From Eledone cirrhosa (lineage: Eukaryota): DNA of 64,000 bases. Under the pieces are notes generated by a model. The model saw only the letters and a program-made list of their open reading frames with translations. It made no database searches and was not told the DNA's origin. A program made the position numbers and the translations under genes. Where the stretch lies: positions 118,048,001 through 118,112,000 of the forward strand of contig OZ024742.1 of assembly GCA_964016885.1 (NCBI GenBank), read 5' to 3'. Position 1 is the stretch's first letter. Each line of letters begins with the position of its first letter. Below are positions 51,145-64,000 of the stretch, in pieces.

Positions 51145-54100
51145 TCTTTGAGTCTCAGTCATTGATGTTAGTTAACTGGAAAGGACGTAACGGAGGGTTC
51201 TTGCTGTTCCCAGCAATCATGCCTTTTGAAGCGTTCCAAAAAGCGTGAAGGGGCCAATTTTCTTTAACCATCCCTGGAAACTTTTTGAGATAGTCCCTAG
51301 TGCGCCTATGACAATCGGGATCACTTTGACTTCATGGCAGTTCCAAATCCTTTTTACCTCCCACTTTAAGTCCTGGTATCGGTTAATTTTCTCCCTCTCC
51401 TTCTCTTGCACTTTCGTGTCGAATGGGCAGGCCACATCCACAATCAGGCACGATCTTTTTTCTTTGTTCAAAACCACCAGGTTAGGTCTATTGTGTTCCA
51501 GTTTCTTGTCCGTCTGTATCCTAAAATCCCACAGCACCTTCACCTGATCGTTTTCTATCACCGCTTCTGACTTATCCTCATACCACTTCTCAGAATGTGG
51601 TAAATTTTTTACTTTGCATAGGTGCCAGTAGATAACCCTGCCCATCACATCATGTCTCCAGTCCTTATAGTGAGTCTGGGCTAGGTGTTTACACTCGGAT
51701 ACAATGTGAACCACAGTCTCCTCTCTCTCTCTCCACAGATCCAGCACAGTGGACTAGCCTCCTCCTTGTAAATGTGGTGTTTCAACCACTTCGTTTTGAA
51801 GGCCTGCTCCTGCGCAGCCATTAACATTCCTTCTGTAGCCTTTTTAAGGTCTCCTCTTTTCAACCAGTTCCATGTCTGTGGATCTCTAAATTCAGTTTTC
51901 TCAAAGAAGGTACTATGAAGGGATTTTTCCTGAAGGCTGCTCTTTCTCCTTGATGTTATTTCCTCCTTGGACATCCCCTGGCCTATTGTCCCCTCCTTCA
52001 GTACAGTTCTGAGCATTGGCTCTTTACTATCAGTCACGTATTTGTGTAGCTTGTTTTTCTCCATCTGAACACAGTCCTCTATGCTGATAAGACCTCTTCC
52101 ACCTTCAGATCTCCTTAAGTAGAATCTATCGGCATCACTCCTCTTGTGGAACATATTGTAGATAGTCAATAGCTTCCTAGTCTTCCTATCCATTTATTTT
52201 TGTTCAGAAACATTCCATCTCAGAATTCCCGCACTGTACCTAATAATAGACACAGCTCGGGAATTTACTGCACTTATGGCATTCCTACTGTTCAGATGTG
52301 ACTTTAATACGCTCCTTACTCTCCGAAGTATTCAGTTCTTATCAATTCCTTCATTTATTTGTTCTTGATGTCATCAGCCTCCAGAACGCCCAAATACTTG
52401 TATCCTTCCTCAGAGTCAATTTCCTTTATCATCTCACCTGTTGGTATCTGGATTCCGTTACTTCTGCTCAATTTACCCTTCCTCATCACAATGACTCCGC
52501 ACTTACTAATACCAAATTGCATACATATATCATTGCTAAAAATACGGACAGTGTCAACAAGCACATCCAACTCCTTCTCACTCTTCCCGAAGAGCTTAAG
52601 ATCGTCCATAAAGAGGAGGTGATTGATGGTAAGCCCTCCCTTTCCCAACCTGTATCCTGCTCTCACATTTCGCAGTACACTAGTTAGGGGCATCAGGGCA
52701 AGGACAAACAACAGAGGGGACAGACCATCTCCCTGGAAGATACCTCTCTTGATCTTCACGCTTCCCAATGATTCTCCAGTTGATGTTAACTCTGTTTCCC
52801 AGGACTTCATACTTTTGTCCAACAACTGTCTGATGTTATTTGCCACCTTGAAGATCTCCATGCTTTTGGTGATCCAAGAATGAGGCACCATGTCAAATGC
52901 CTTTTTGTAGTCTATCCATCCCATGGCAAGACCAGTGTGTCTCCTCTTGCAATTCCTCATTACCATCTTATCAATAAGTAACTGTCCTTTGTACCACGTG
53001 ACTTCTTTCGGCATCCTTTCTGTTCGTCCGGTAACAAGTTGTTTGTGTGGAGGTGATGGTAGATTTCCTCAGACATAATGCTTGTCAACAGTTTCCACAT
53101 TACGGACAGACATGTGATAGGTCTATAGTTGGTAGCATCATTACCCTTGATTCGGTCTTTCATTATCAGAACTGTGGTACCTTTTGTCAACCACTCTGGT
53201 ACCTCACCTGACATCAAGCAGTCATTGAACATGGTTGTCAGTTTCGGGTGGAGGGATGTTATGTTTTTAATCCAATACCCCTGCACACCATCTGGGCCAG
53301 GTGATTTCCAGTTGGTTAGTTTTTTGGCCTGCCCCTTAAGAGTTTCAACTGTGATACTCAAATCAGTTTGTTGGTGTGCCTGTTCACTGATCTCCCTCTG
53401 TACTGTCTCAATCCACACTGCCTGGTCATTATGTTTAACATCCCGCTCCCATATTCCTCTCCAGAATGTTTTAGTTTGTTCCACCTCAGGGATCAAGTCG
53501 TTGCCTCTTTCTTTCCCTTCAAGCTGTCCAAACGGCATCTTCTGGTTGTTGTCGAACATGCGGTTCTGTCTATACTGACTGACTCTGTTCTCGTATCGCC
53601 TGATTTTTGCACTCTTTGCTACAATGCGTTGCTTCAGTTCCTCTATGATAATATTTAGCTTTTTCCTCCTAGTTTTGTACTTTATTTCCAGCCTATTTTT
53701 AGTGTCTATGTTTTTTAATGTCTCATTCAGTAGGGACTCAAGCTTTCCAATGTCATTTCTCATTTCCCTGATTTTACCACTCAGTCGTTTCTTCCACCAA
53801 GGCTCTGCTCTTTCTTGTCTGTTGTTTCCTCTCGCTTTTATACCAAGTAGTTTCCTCACCGTACTTGCTGTTGCTTTGAGGATATTGTTGCACTGGTGAA
53901 GGCTCCTCGCCTCAAGGTATGGGATGACTTTGTTTACCTTAGCTGTTGTTTCTTTTAACTTTTTCCTGTCTACAAATCTTAGGTTCATAGGTCTCCCACT
54001 ATCATTGTTCAATTCATCTACCACTAAGTTTAGGATATCAACCAAATCTTGTCCTAGCCCGTCAGCATTCATCTCCTCAGTGGCCGTATCTCTGTTCCAG

Positions 54101-54640
54101 GTATTATTTATGTCAGCATTCAGATCATTGTCTTCTTCGGGTGGTTCCTCCGTTCTCTCGACCTCTTCACCTTCATTTCCCACTGGTTCGTTTGCCTGGC
54201 ATACTCCGCTCTCCATCTCCAAGCTAATCTCTCTGCTCAGTTCCTCCAGTTCCAGCTCGCTTATCCACCCATTAGTTCTTATTACCCGAGCCTGCTCGGC
54301 CAGTTTTTGTTCATCTAATTTAAATGGACCAATCTCGTTCCAGATGTTATGCATCCTTTTCCTATAGCCTTTCTCCTTGGGGTTACTCTTCAAGTAACAT
54401 TGCATAACAGTTCTATTCAATTCTTTCGTCCAGTTGGTTCTGGTCCCTTTCCTTCTTCTTCTTCCTCCGACACCAGCAGTATTTGGTTGACAGCCAGGTC
54501 CCTGCTGCTGAGCCAGGGAGCACCCGTTGAGTGAGAGTCTGTCACATGACATTCTAGTCTCCATTTCACCGTTATTCGAACTGTTTAGGTTCGACATTTA
54601 AACACTCTTATCGAGGATTGGCGAATGTATGGTTACATAA
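51143..54640 (-). mobile_element. R4/Dong LINE family B copy 3, full-length ORF broken by frameshifts
   Basis: ATG at 54597; RTNWTKELN..CY..GYRKRM..W N-terminal domain; RT FMDD; REL. Confidence 0.93.
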
Positions 54641-54996
54641 CCACCGGTGAATTACTCGTCTCCGGTGGTTTCGTCACTCCACGTGACTTTTGTGTGGCAT
54701 TATCACGCTGTAGACGAATCCAAATAAACAAACAAACAAACAGGCAGAAAAAACCCCAAAAATGAATAAGCATAAGTTTCATTGTACTGTAGTGTTTGAA
54801 TGTCTGACTTAATTTTTCCCTTCCCTTCTCTGTCCGTCCGTTTGTTTTTCTCTTCATTTTTATTTCCTTTACGTTTTTCGTTGTTGCTGTGCTGCTTTGA
54901 TTTTTATTTTTATTTTTTTTATTTTTGACCGGGTCATCAATTCAGTCTATTTATATATTTTGATGCCTTCCTCTTTTAGTGAGAATTCTACAATGT

Positions 54997-55530
54997 AGCA
55001 GGGGCTAGCGGGAGAGAATAGCGGCGGTAGTGATAATGAGGCAGTGGTGGTGGTGGTGGTGGTGGCGGTGCTGTGCTAGCAGCAACTAGCAGGAGGTAGT
55101 GGGAGAGAAGAGCGGCGTTAGCGATAATGAGGCAGTGGTGGTGGTGATGTGGTCGTACTACTGTAGTGATGGTGTTGAAGTTGGAGTAGAAATTTGAGTC
55201 GACTTGACCAGAGTTTTCATCGTGGTAGTGGTGGTGGTATTGGTGGTGAAATTATCTTTAGTGAAATTATCGTTAGTCGCGTATATGTGTTGACATATTG
55301 CCTTAATATTGGAATTAAACATTTTGTTAAAACTAAAACTTGAGGCAATAATTATAGTAATTATTATTATTATGCTGAGATTGGTGGTGGTGGTGGTGAA
55401 ATTGCCGTTATCTGGCTGTTGTGTTTAGTGTACACAGAGGGGTGATGGTGTAGGTGGTGTATCTAGTTTCTGATGTTGGTGAAATTGCTGTTATTTGGCT
55501 GTTCTATATAGTGTAGACAGAGGGGGTTTT
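54997..55530 (+). repeat. GGT-rich low-complexity region with two short tandem duplications
   Basis: AGCAGG..GGGAGAGAA.AGCGGCG.TAG.GATAATGAGGCAGTGGTGG occurs twice (~54997, ~55088); GGTGAAATTGC.GTTAT.TGGCTGTT..ACAGAGGGG occurs twice (~55395, ~55478). Confidence 0.7.
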
Positions 55531-55765
55531 CTTCCATTTATAACCATTTTCTTTTTTGAATATAAAATGTATAGTACAAAATTAAATATTTGAGCGATAT
55601 AACAATATATTATGGATCCGAATTTTTTAGGACTCAAGCCGAATGTTTTATGCAACATTTGTACTAAGAATTGTTATTTCACGATTGATTTAAATATGTT
55701 AAAAAATCAAAACTTACGGGAGCGATTTCTCGACCTTCTATCCACCATGTGTGTCTTCTTCCCTA

Positions 55766-55820
<55 letters not shown>

Positions 55821-56199
55821 GAAGGAGAAGCCACGCTTCTTATTGGCTCCAGTTTTTTTCAACAGTATACATCTATTTCAACCGTTCCTAACCTTTTATT
55901 CTTTATTACCTTTAAAGTTTTAAACTTGATAAGAGTTGCGAGGAAGTGATCCACTTAATACAGGGGGTTCCCTCGTAAATAATTCGACAACCCTTTATGG
56001 GGTCTCGTATTCTGTTGAATTTATTTGAAAAATTTTTCGTTCAAACATGGATGCCACAAAAGAGAGAGAACGCTGTCAGACAACAGAGAGAGGAGGACTT
56101 TGTCAACATGTCAACAAGACAGCGTTTGAGCAAAGATGAATATGAAAGAAAATATTACGAAAGAAAAGAGAAACAATGTCCTTTTTAATGATAATAATA

Positions 56200-58965
56200 A
56201 TAACAAGGACAAAGTTGAAGAGATGTTTGGTAACCCACGGGAACGAAGGAGAGATGGTCTGTCTGATGAGAGAAATGTGGATGGCATGGAACACAATGTA
56301 CGAGAGAAATAAAGGCAAGGTTACAGGAGGACAACAGGAGTCTTATTTGTAACCTAAGGAAGGTTGACCAATGCAAGCTGAACCAAGAAACATATACGGT
56401 AAATGAAGTTCTGAAATACATCAAAACAAATAACATCACAGAAAGAAATGACCTGATAAAGTCAGCAAGCATTGTTATAGCAGAAAATATGGATGTAGTT
56501 GTCAAGGCGAAGAAAAACAATAAGGGAGCCAAAAAAAATAGCCATGGTGGAAAAGGAGAATACAGGCCATCTAGAAAGACATTTCTGTCTTAGTTCAAAA
56601 AGAGGAGAGAGAGCTTAGATATGAAAACATACAAGACGCTAGAAGGAAAGTATGGCATTGAAAGAAAAGGCCAAAAAGTAAAAATGGAGGAACTCAAGCA
56701 ACGTCTACAAAAAAAGCAAAGATAGTAAGATACGAACAAAGAATAAAGCAATATCGGCAAAATAAACTATTTAGGGTAGACCAAAAGAGATTTTACCGAA
56801 AATTAAATGGAGTGTGTGACTATACCGGATAATGTTGAAAGTTAAATGTTTTGGAGTGACATTTGGAGTAAAGAGATATGAAGGAAGCCAGAAAAAATAT
56901 GAGCAACTCAATGTCTCCGAAACTTGAGTTCAAGGCTAATGGATCAAAAGATTTAGCCAATGCCATGAACGAATAACAGAACAACTCAACACATTGCTAA
57001 ATGCTGATCAAATGATATAGAAGTGGCTGACAAAGGGGAGGACAGGTTTGTGCTTAAAAACTAAAGGGAATGCGATAACATGCCTACCACTTATGTGGAA
57101 ATTATTGATTGGAATAATCGCAGAATCGATCTACAGATAGTTTGAAGAAAATGGAGTTCTACCAGATGAGCAGAAAGGTTTCAAGCGTAAATGTAGAAGA
57201 AGTACAAAGGTCCAGCTTTTGATAGATAAAACAAACTTAATGATATCAATAGGAGGAAAACTAACCTGACCTTAGCGTGGATCGATTACTGCAAAGCTAT
57301 GACATGATTACGCACTCTTGGATTATGGAATGTGTTAACTTATTTGGTATTATATCAAATGTTGAGCGATTCTTAAGGAAAAGTATGAAAGACTGAAAGA
57401 CTGAACTGACAGCATATGAAAGAAATTTAGGAACAATAGAAATCAAGAGAGGTATATTCCAAGGGAACAGCCTGTCATCTCTCATGTGTGTACTGTGTAT
57501 AATATCACTGACAATTATCTTGAGAAAAGCTAAGGCTGGGTATGAATTCAAAGGTCCCCAGAAAAACACCAACGACTTCAAGATTTATGGTAAGAATGAT
57601 TCCCAGCTTAGTTCCCTTGTTGATACGATGTATACTTTTAGTGCTGACATCAGATTGGAGTTTAGATTAAAAAAGTGCGATGTATTAATTTTGAACAAAG
57701 GCAAAATTAAAAGCATTGGCGTGGGGGAGGGGTGCTTCCACCAGGAAAGGTTATGAAGTAAATAGAAGAGGAAGGTTAAAAATACTTAGGGATATTGGAA
57801 GTTGATAAGATAATGCAGGAGGAAATGAAAGAAAAGTTTAAGGTGGAATACATGCAAAGACCGAGACTTATTCTCAAGTCGAAACTGAATGGAAAGAATA
57901 AGATGGAAACTATCAATACATGGGTAGTATCACTCCTTAGATACGGGGTGTGGGGGTGTTCACGTGGACAGCAGATGAGCTAAATAGTTTAGACGGAAAA
58001 CGAAGAGAGATATTGACTAGATATGGGGTATTTCACCCAAAGAGCGACACAGACAGATTATATATACCAATAAAAGGAGGCGGAAGAAGACTTATGGGGT
58101 GCGAAGACAGCATTAGAACAGAAGAAACAATATGGCGTGGTACATGAAAGATTCAACAGAACCACTGTTGGTGGAAGTAAGAAGGTCGGGGATGTGCAAA
58201 ATAGAAGATTGCAAAGAAAAAATGCAGTACAAGCATTTGAAGATGGATGAAACTGAAAATAGATGGACAGAAAAAAGAATGTATAAACAATTCCAAAGAG
58301 ATGTTGAAGATGGGACAGACAGAGAAAATAGGTGGGTAGGGATGACTAAAAGTGATCTAAAACCAGAAAGAGAATCCTTAATTTGTGCTGCTCAAGAACA
58401 AAGCGCCAAAAAACAACTTCATAAAACAGAGTAGACCAAACAGCGGAAAGTGATAAGTGTAGAATTTGTGGCATGAATGGGGAAACTGTATGGCATATTA
58501 CCAGTCAATGTACACCACTAACTCAGAAAGAGTATAAGAGACATCACGAAAACATAACAGGGATAGTCCATTGGGCACTTTGTGGCAAATATGCACTTGA
58601 CAGAGCAGAAAGTGGTATGAACATAACCCTGAGGGCGTTATCGAAACGATAATGCAAAGATCCTGTGGGATTGTGTGGTACAGTGTAACCATGATATTAA
58701 GCATAGCAGACCATGATATTGTAGTAACTGAGAAATAAAGCAATCTGGGCTCGATCATAGGAACAGTGAGTAAAGATCTTGAAAAATACATTAAACAAAT
58801 AGGGATAGCAATACGGATGGAAGACTTAGAAAAAACAGCATTGCTTGGAACAGCTCGAATACTCCGGGTACTCGAAAAATAAGGGATGTTACCTCAGTCC
58901 ACTGGTAGCGAACAGCTAACACTGTATTATATATCAAGTGTTCGAAGCTGTGAGAAGAAACAATA
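56200..58965 (+). mobile_element. Old R4/Dong LINE family C, highly degenerate
   Basis: [82 protein letters not shown]; AAT repeats at both ends. Confidence 0.88.
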
Positions 58966-58989
58966 ATAACAATAACGGCTTCTGGTTTA

Positions 58990-59195
58990 GACACAAGGCC
59001 AGCAACTTTGGGGGAAGGGAAATTCGATTAAATAGACCCTAGTGCGTGACTGGTACTTTATTTTATAGACCCCCCCCCCAACCGTAAGATTGAAATGCAA
59101 AGCTAACCTCAGCAGGATTTGAACGCAAAACGTAAAGCGCCGTAACTATGCTGCAACGCTTGGTGTTCGACGCTCTACCGATACTGCCAATTCAC
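58990..59195 (-). mobile_element. tRNA-derived SINE
   Basis: Minus strand has GGCAGTATCGGTAGAGCGTCG..GTTCAAATCC..GAGGTTAGCTTTGCATTTCA..AAGTACCAGT..GCTGGCCTTGTG. Confidence 0.8.
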
Positions 59196-59745
59196 CGATA
59201 TTGTCATTAATAATATATAGAACTATTTCTCTTTACCTCTATTTCCGTGGCTTCATTAAGATATAGATATATAAAGTACATCTCTTTAACCTTCAAGATT
59301 GAATGTTTATGTCTTTTCCTTGGAATTCTTCTTTTAATACAAGAATAAAACAACTTTTGGATATTCCATTATCATATAAACTCGCCAAAAGAATGTTAAG
59401 AATTCTTCTTGGATGTGTGTAAATGTGTGAAGGAGGAGAAGGAAGGTGGGGAGTCAGTCAGCAAAACGGAAGTAATGCTTTCATCCACATGTAAACGGGT
59501 GCAGAAATAGTATTGGGAAGGAATGCTATAGTTTCTTTATACAAGTCTTTAATCGTATTATTAGCAAGAATTGAATCATTAGGTGCTCGTGGCGTCTTCC
59601 CTCTGTATTCTAAGATATACAGTAGGATCTCTTATACGTAACACAACTTTACACTGCCTGATTTTGTCATTAAGATAGCTACACCCGTGTAGCTTCCAGT
59701 GTGTATCCAATGTTAATAATTTTCCCAGAAAGAACAGCACATATG

Positions 59746-60376
<631 letters not shown>

Positions 60377-60388
60377 CGACAAATATGG

Positions 60389-60725
60389 ATTCAAGCACTC
60401 GACGTTATGTTACTTCTTCAAAGCAAGAATGACGGACTATGATTAGAATGAGGAAAATGCGAAACTGTGATACCTATTTCAATGACAATCATGGTACTTG
60501 ATTAATTAACCATTCTTGTGATATCAACAGACAATGACATTGAGTAAAAGGTTACGTTTCCAAGAATGGTTAAATAATCAAGTGACCATGATCGTCCTTG
60601 AAATATGTATCACGGCTTAATTAATAAACAACTCTTTAGCATCTACAGCTTCGGCTTATTCTCATTCTAATTATACTCCGTCATTTTTGCTTTGAAGAAG
60701 TTACATGACGTCGAGTACTTGAATC
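60389..60725. mobile_element. ~340-bp imperfect palindrome (MITE-like or old foldback)
   Basis: 60389-60452 pairs with 60661-60725; ~60465-60518 pairs with ~60561-60615. Confidence 0.65.
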
Positions 60726-62506
60726 GAATTGCAGAATTCCAGCTATGCCTACCGTATGTATTTAGCTCCGCCTGTTGAGCGCTTTTTGATACAATCCGAT
60801 AAATTTGATGAAGTGAGGCATCGGCTAACTACTACACCCGGAAACTCCCTCTACTGCTTGGACCAAGTTTACTTATTGGATTTCCCTAACAGTTGACGGA
60901 AATGTAATTATAAACCAACTTTTGACCGCATTAATAAGAGAACAAAAAGCAACGATAACCTCTTACTTTCCCGCAACACCTTTTATTTCTCATTAAAACC
61001 TGGAAACGTAGTCCCCTGCTAAGTACAATCCTGCCTCATCTAACCAAGAACGACCGGAGAACTCTATCTGCACCCGGTATGAACTGAACTGACCAAAACA
61101 CCCAAAGCACTGTGAATATAACTGGACTCTATATTTCGTCACTTCTACCTTATTCGCAATCAAACATTTGTCACATATGTTTTCCTTTATTTTTTCTTTA
61201 TAACTCCTTTTTCTTCTTTATACTTTTTCTTACATTTTCCTACTTGATTGACTGGGATATCAACTATATGATTATTTAATTATTACGTTCTACAATTTAA
61301 ATTCACCTGCTATTTTTCATGATGCCAGTTTTTTTCTAGTCTGGCTTCATAGCAAATCAATAGGCTATCTATCCCATGGATACTTCATATAAAATTCAAT
61401 TGTTAATCACTATCAACATTTAGTATCCAATTCTAAACTCAATTTCTATCACTATGATAGAATTTATATATATGTGTGTATGTGTGCCTTTGCGCGCGTG
61501 TGTGTGTATGAATATTTAAGAATGCATCCGTTTTCAAGACGAGGAGTTATCTTACTTTTATTTTTTAGTTAGGATTAGCTTCAGGCTCTATCCACCCACT
61601 CCTAAGACCATAACATATAGATGCTTTAACAACGCATAATTTCTGAGTTTTAGTATGTGTGTATTTTACCTTACTGTTACTTTACCATGTGTTTATGCTA
61701 ACACACACATATTTGACTTTGAAAATTTTTTACTAAATGTTTCGTATCACGTGTATATTCTACCATGTGAATATTAAAACATAATTGTATCTTATCATGT
61801 AACTATTTAAACATATGGGAATATAATAAACTTGGCACATAGATTACTGAATCACGCTACATATTTTACGGTATTTAGTTAGGTATCTTACTGTTTTTAT
61901 TCCAATTGTTGCCGACTTCGACATTGAATTCTATATTTAGAAATCGTTTAAAGTCATTACAGTTATATATGTGATTCGGTGATATATTGATTCGGTCGAC
62001 TCTGTTTAATCAGCTGTATATAGTACTTAATGATTATTTTGCCTCGGAGTATGTTTACAGGAGCTCTTACGAAGTGAACATAACAGTTTATTCATATATT
62101 GTTATATAGTATCATTATCTTGAATATATTGAAGTATAAAAAATGTACTTTCATGTGATCAGATATTTTACAAATAGTACACTGGTTTTATTTGTTTTTT
62201 GAATAATTTGAAATATATATATGGATGGATGCTTATCTTCCAGTGAAAGATTAGTGAGAGAGAGAAAGACAGAGAGAGAAAGAGAGAGAATGATGGATAG
62301 ATTGATGGATTTCTTCCAGACAAGAAGGAGTGAGAGAGAGAATGATAGAGAGGAATTGAAAAAGAAAAAAATCTAGAGGAAAAATGGCGATTAGTGGTGT
62401 GGAGAGGGGAGACTGGTATGTCGAGGCAACTGCTTGTCTTCAACAAAAGGACCTTTCTAGGCACAAACCCGTGGTCATTTGTAATCATAGGAGCATCTCA
62501 ATATTT

Positions 62507-62820
<314 letters not shown>

Positions 62821-63035
62821 CACACACACAAATATGTATATATCATCGCGATGTTGGTATATTGTTGTTGTTCAACCCCAGGTCATTCCAAATTCGGTAG
62901 ACCTATAGTAAAGTACAACCCAGCCTTGATTATCTCGTCTTATATTGTACCGAGAACTATGTACTGAGAACTATATTATTCAACGTGTCATTTAAAAAAA
63001 CTGTGGAACGTGATATACTGCTATTTCTAGTAGGT

Positions 63036-63613
63036 CAATCCCTTACGTTATTTCGATATTTGTTCAATCCCTTACGTTATTTCGGTATTTGTTCAATCCC
63101 TTACGTTATTTCGATATTTGTTCAATCCCTTACGTTATTTCGGTATTTGTTCAATCCCTTACGTTATTTCGGTATTTGTTCAATCCCTTACGTTATTTCG
63201 GTATTTGTTCAATCCCTTACGTTATTTCGATATTTGTTCAATCCCTTACGTTATTTCGGTATTTGTTCAATCCTTTACGTTATTCCGGTATTTGTTCAAT
63301 CCCGTACGTTATTTCGATATTTGTTCAATCCCTTACGTTATTTCGGTATTTGTTCAATCCCTTACGTTATTTCGGTATTTGTTCAATCCCGTACGTTATT
63401 TCGATATTTGTTCAATCCCTTACGTTATTTCGGTATTTGTTCAATCCCGTACGTTATTTCGATATTTGTTCAATCCCTTACGTTATTTCGGTATTTGTTC
63501 AATCCCTTACGTTATTTCGGTATTTGTTCAATCCCTTACGTTATTTCGGTATTTGTTCAATCCCTTACGTTATTTCGGTATTTGTTCAATCCCTTACGTT
63601 ATTTCGGTATTTG
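63036..63613 (+). repeat. 29-bp minisatellite, ~20 copies (CAATCCCTTACGTTATTTCGGTATTTGTT)
   Basis: Head-to-tail units with no spacers; variants mainly TCGG/TCGA and CCTT/CCGT. Confidence 0.97.
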
Positions 63614-63754
63614 TAATCGTATTTCGTTTGTCATTGAATTAAATTTCTCCCGAAGTGAAATTCATCGTCGTTTTGCAATGTAAGGCACAACTGGTTAAAT
63701 ATACAGTATTTGCTATGCAATGACCTGCAGAGATACTGCGATAAAATATTGGTT

Positions 63755-63985
63755 TCTGATTTAGGCACAAGGCCAATATTTTGGGAGGAAGGGAAAGTTA
63801 ATTAAATCGACCCAAGTGCATTACTAGTACTTTATTTTATCGACCACCCCCCTCCCCCAGCCTCCGTAAGGATGAAAGGCAAAGCTAACCTCGGCGGTAC
63901 TTGAACTCAGAACGTAAAGGACCTTCATTATATGCCACGCCACAGGGTGTCTGATGCTATAGCGATACTACCAATCCCCCGCCCT
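63755..63985 (-). mobile_element. tRNA-derived SINE
   Basis: Minus strand has CTGAGTTCAAG..CGCCGAGGTTAGCTTTGCCTTTCATCC..GGTCGATAAAATAAAGTACTAGT..GGCCTTGTGCC. Confidence 0.8.
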
Positions 63986-64000
63986 TACAATAATCGCTTC

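Noticed and set aside
63036-63613. CRISPR-like 29-bp repeats and 174-232 aa repeat ORFs
   Set aside because: No spacers, no cas genes, eukaryotic context; this is a simple tandem repeat.

Overview
This is AT-rich, microsatellite-dense animal DNA; the SINE types suggest a cephalopod mollusc (inference). I can support no host gene. Almost all structure is retroelements inserted into microsatellites. (1) At 0-23 kb and 62.6 kb are at least six families of Penelope-like elements (Naiad-type GIY-YIG) and their non-coding derivatives, all in (TA)n. Most are head-to-head foldbacks in which one arm stops at a fixed internal TA and the other carries a unique tail. Read by eye, nearly every family has a type I hammerhead ribozyme, often atypical (U.U at 10.1/11.1, long stem II inserts, palindromic minimal stem III). 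These include ~200-bp hairpin mini-elements and a 457-nt tandem, retrozyme-like repeat. (2) At 23.4-40.2 kb are L1/Tx1-type LINEs and an RTE LINE with a bipartite non-autonomous partner. (3) At 40.2-59 kb is a stack of six R4/Dong (restriction-like endonuclease) LINE copies in (TAA)n. tRNA-derived SINEs, Expander/Rex3-like RTE fragments, a MITE-like palindrome and a 29-bp minisatellite are also present. All coordinates and RNA folds were derived by eye; ribozyme activity and novelty are untested.
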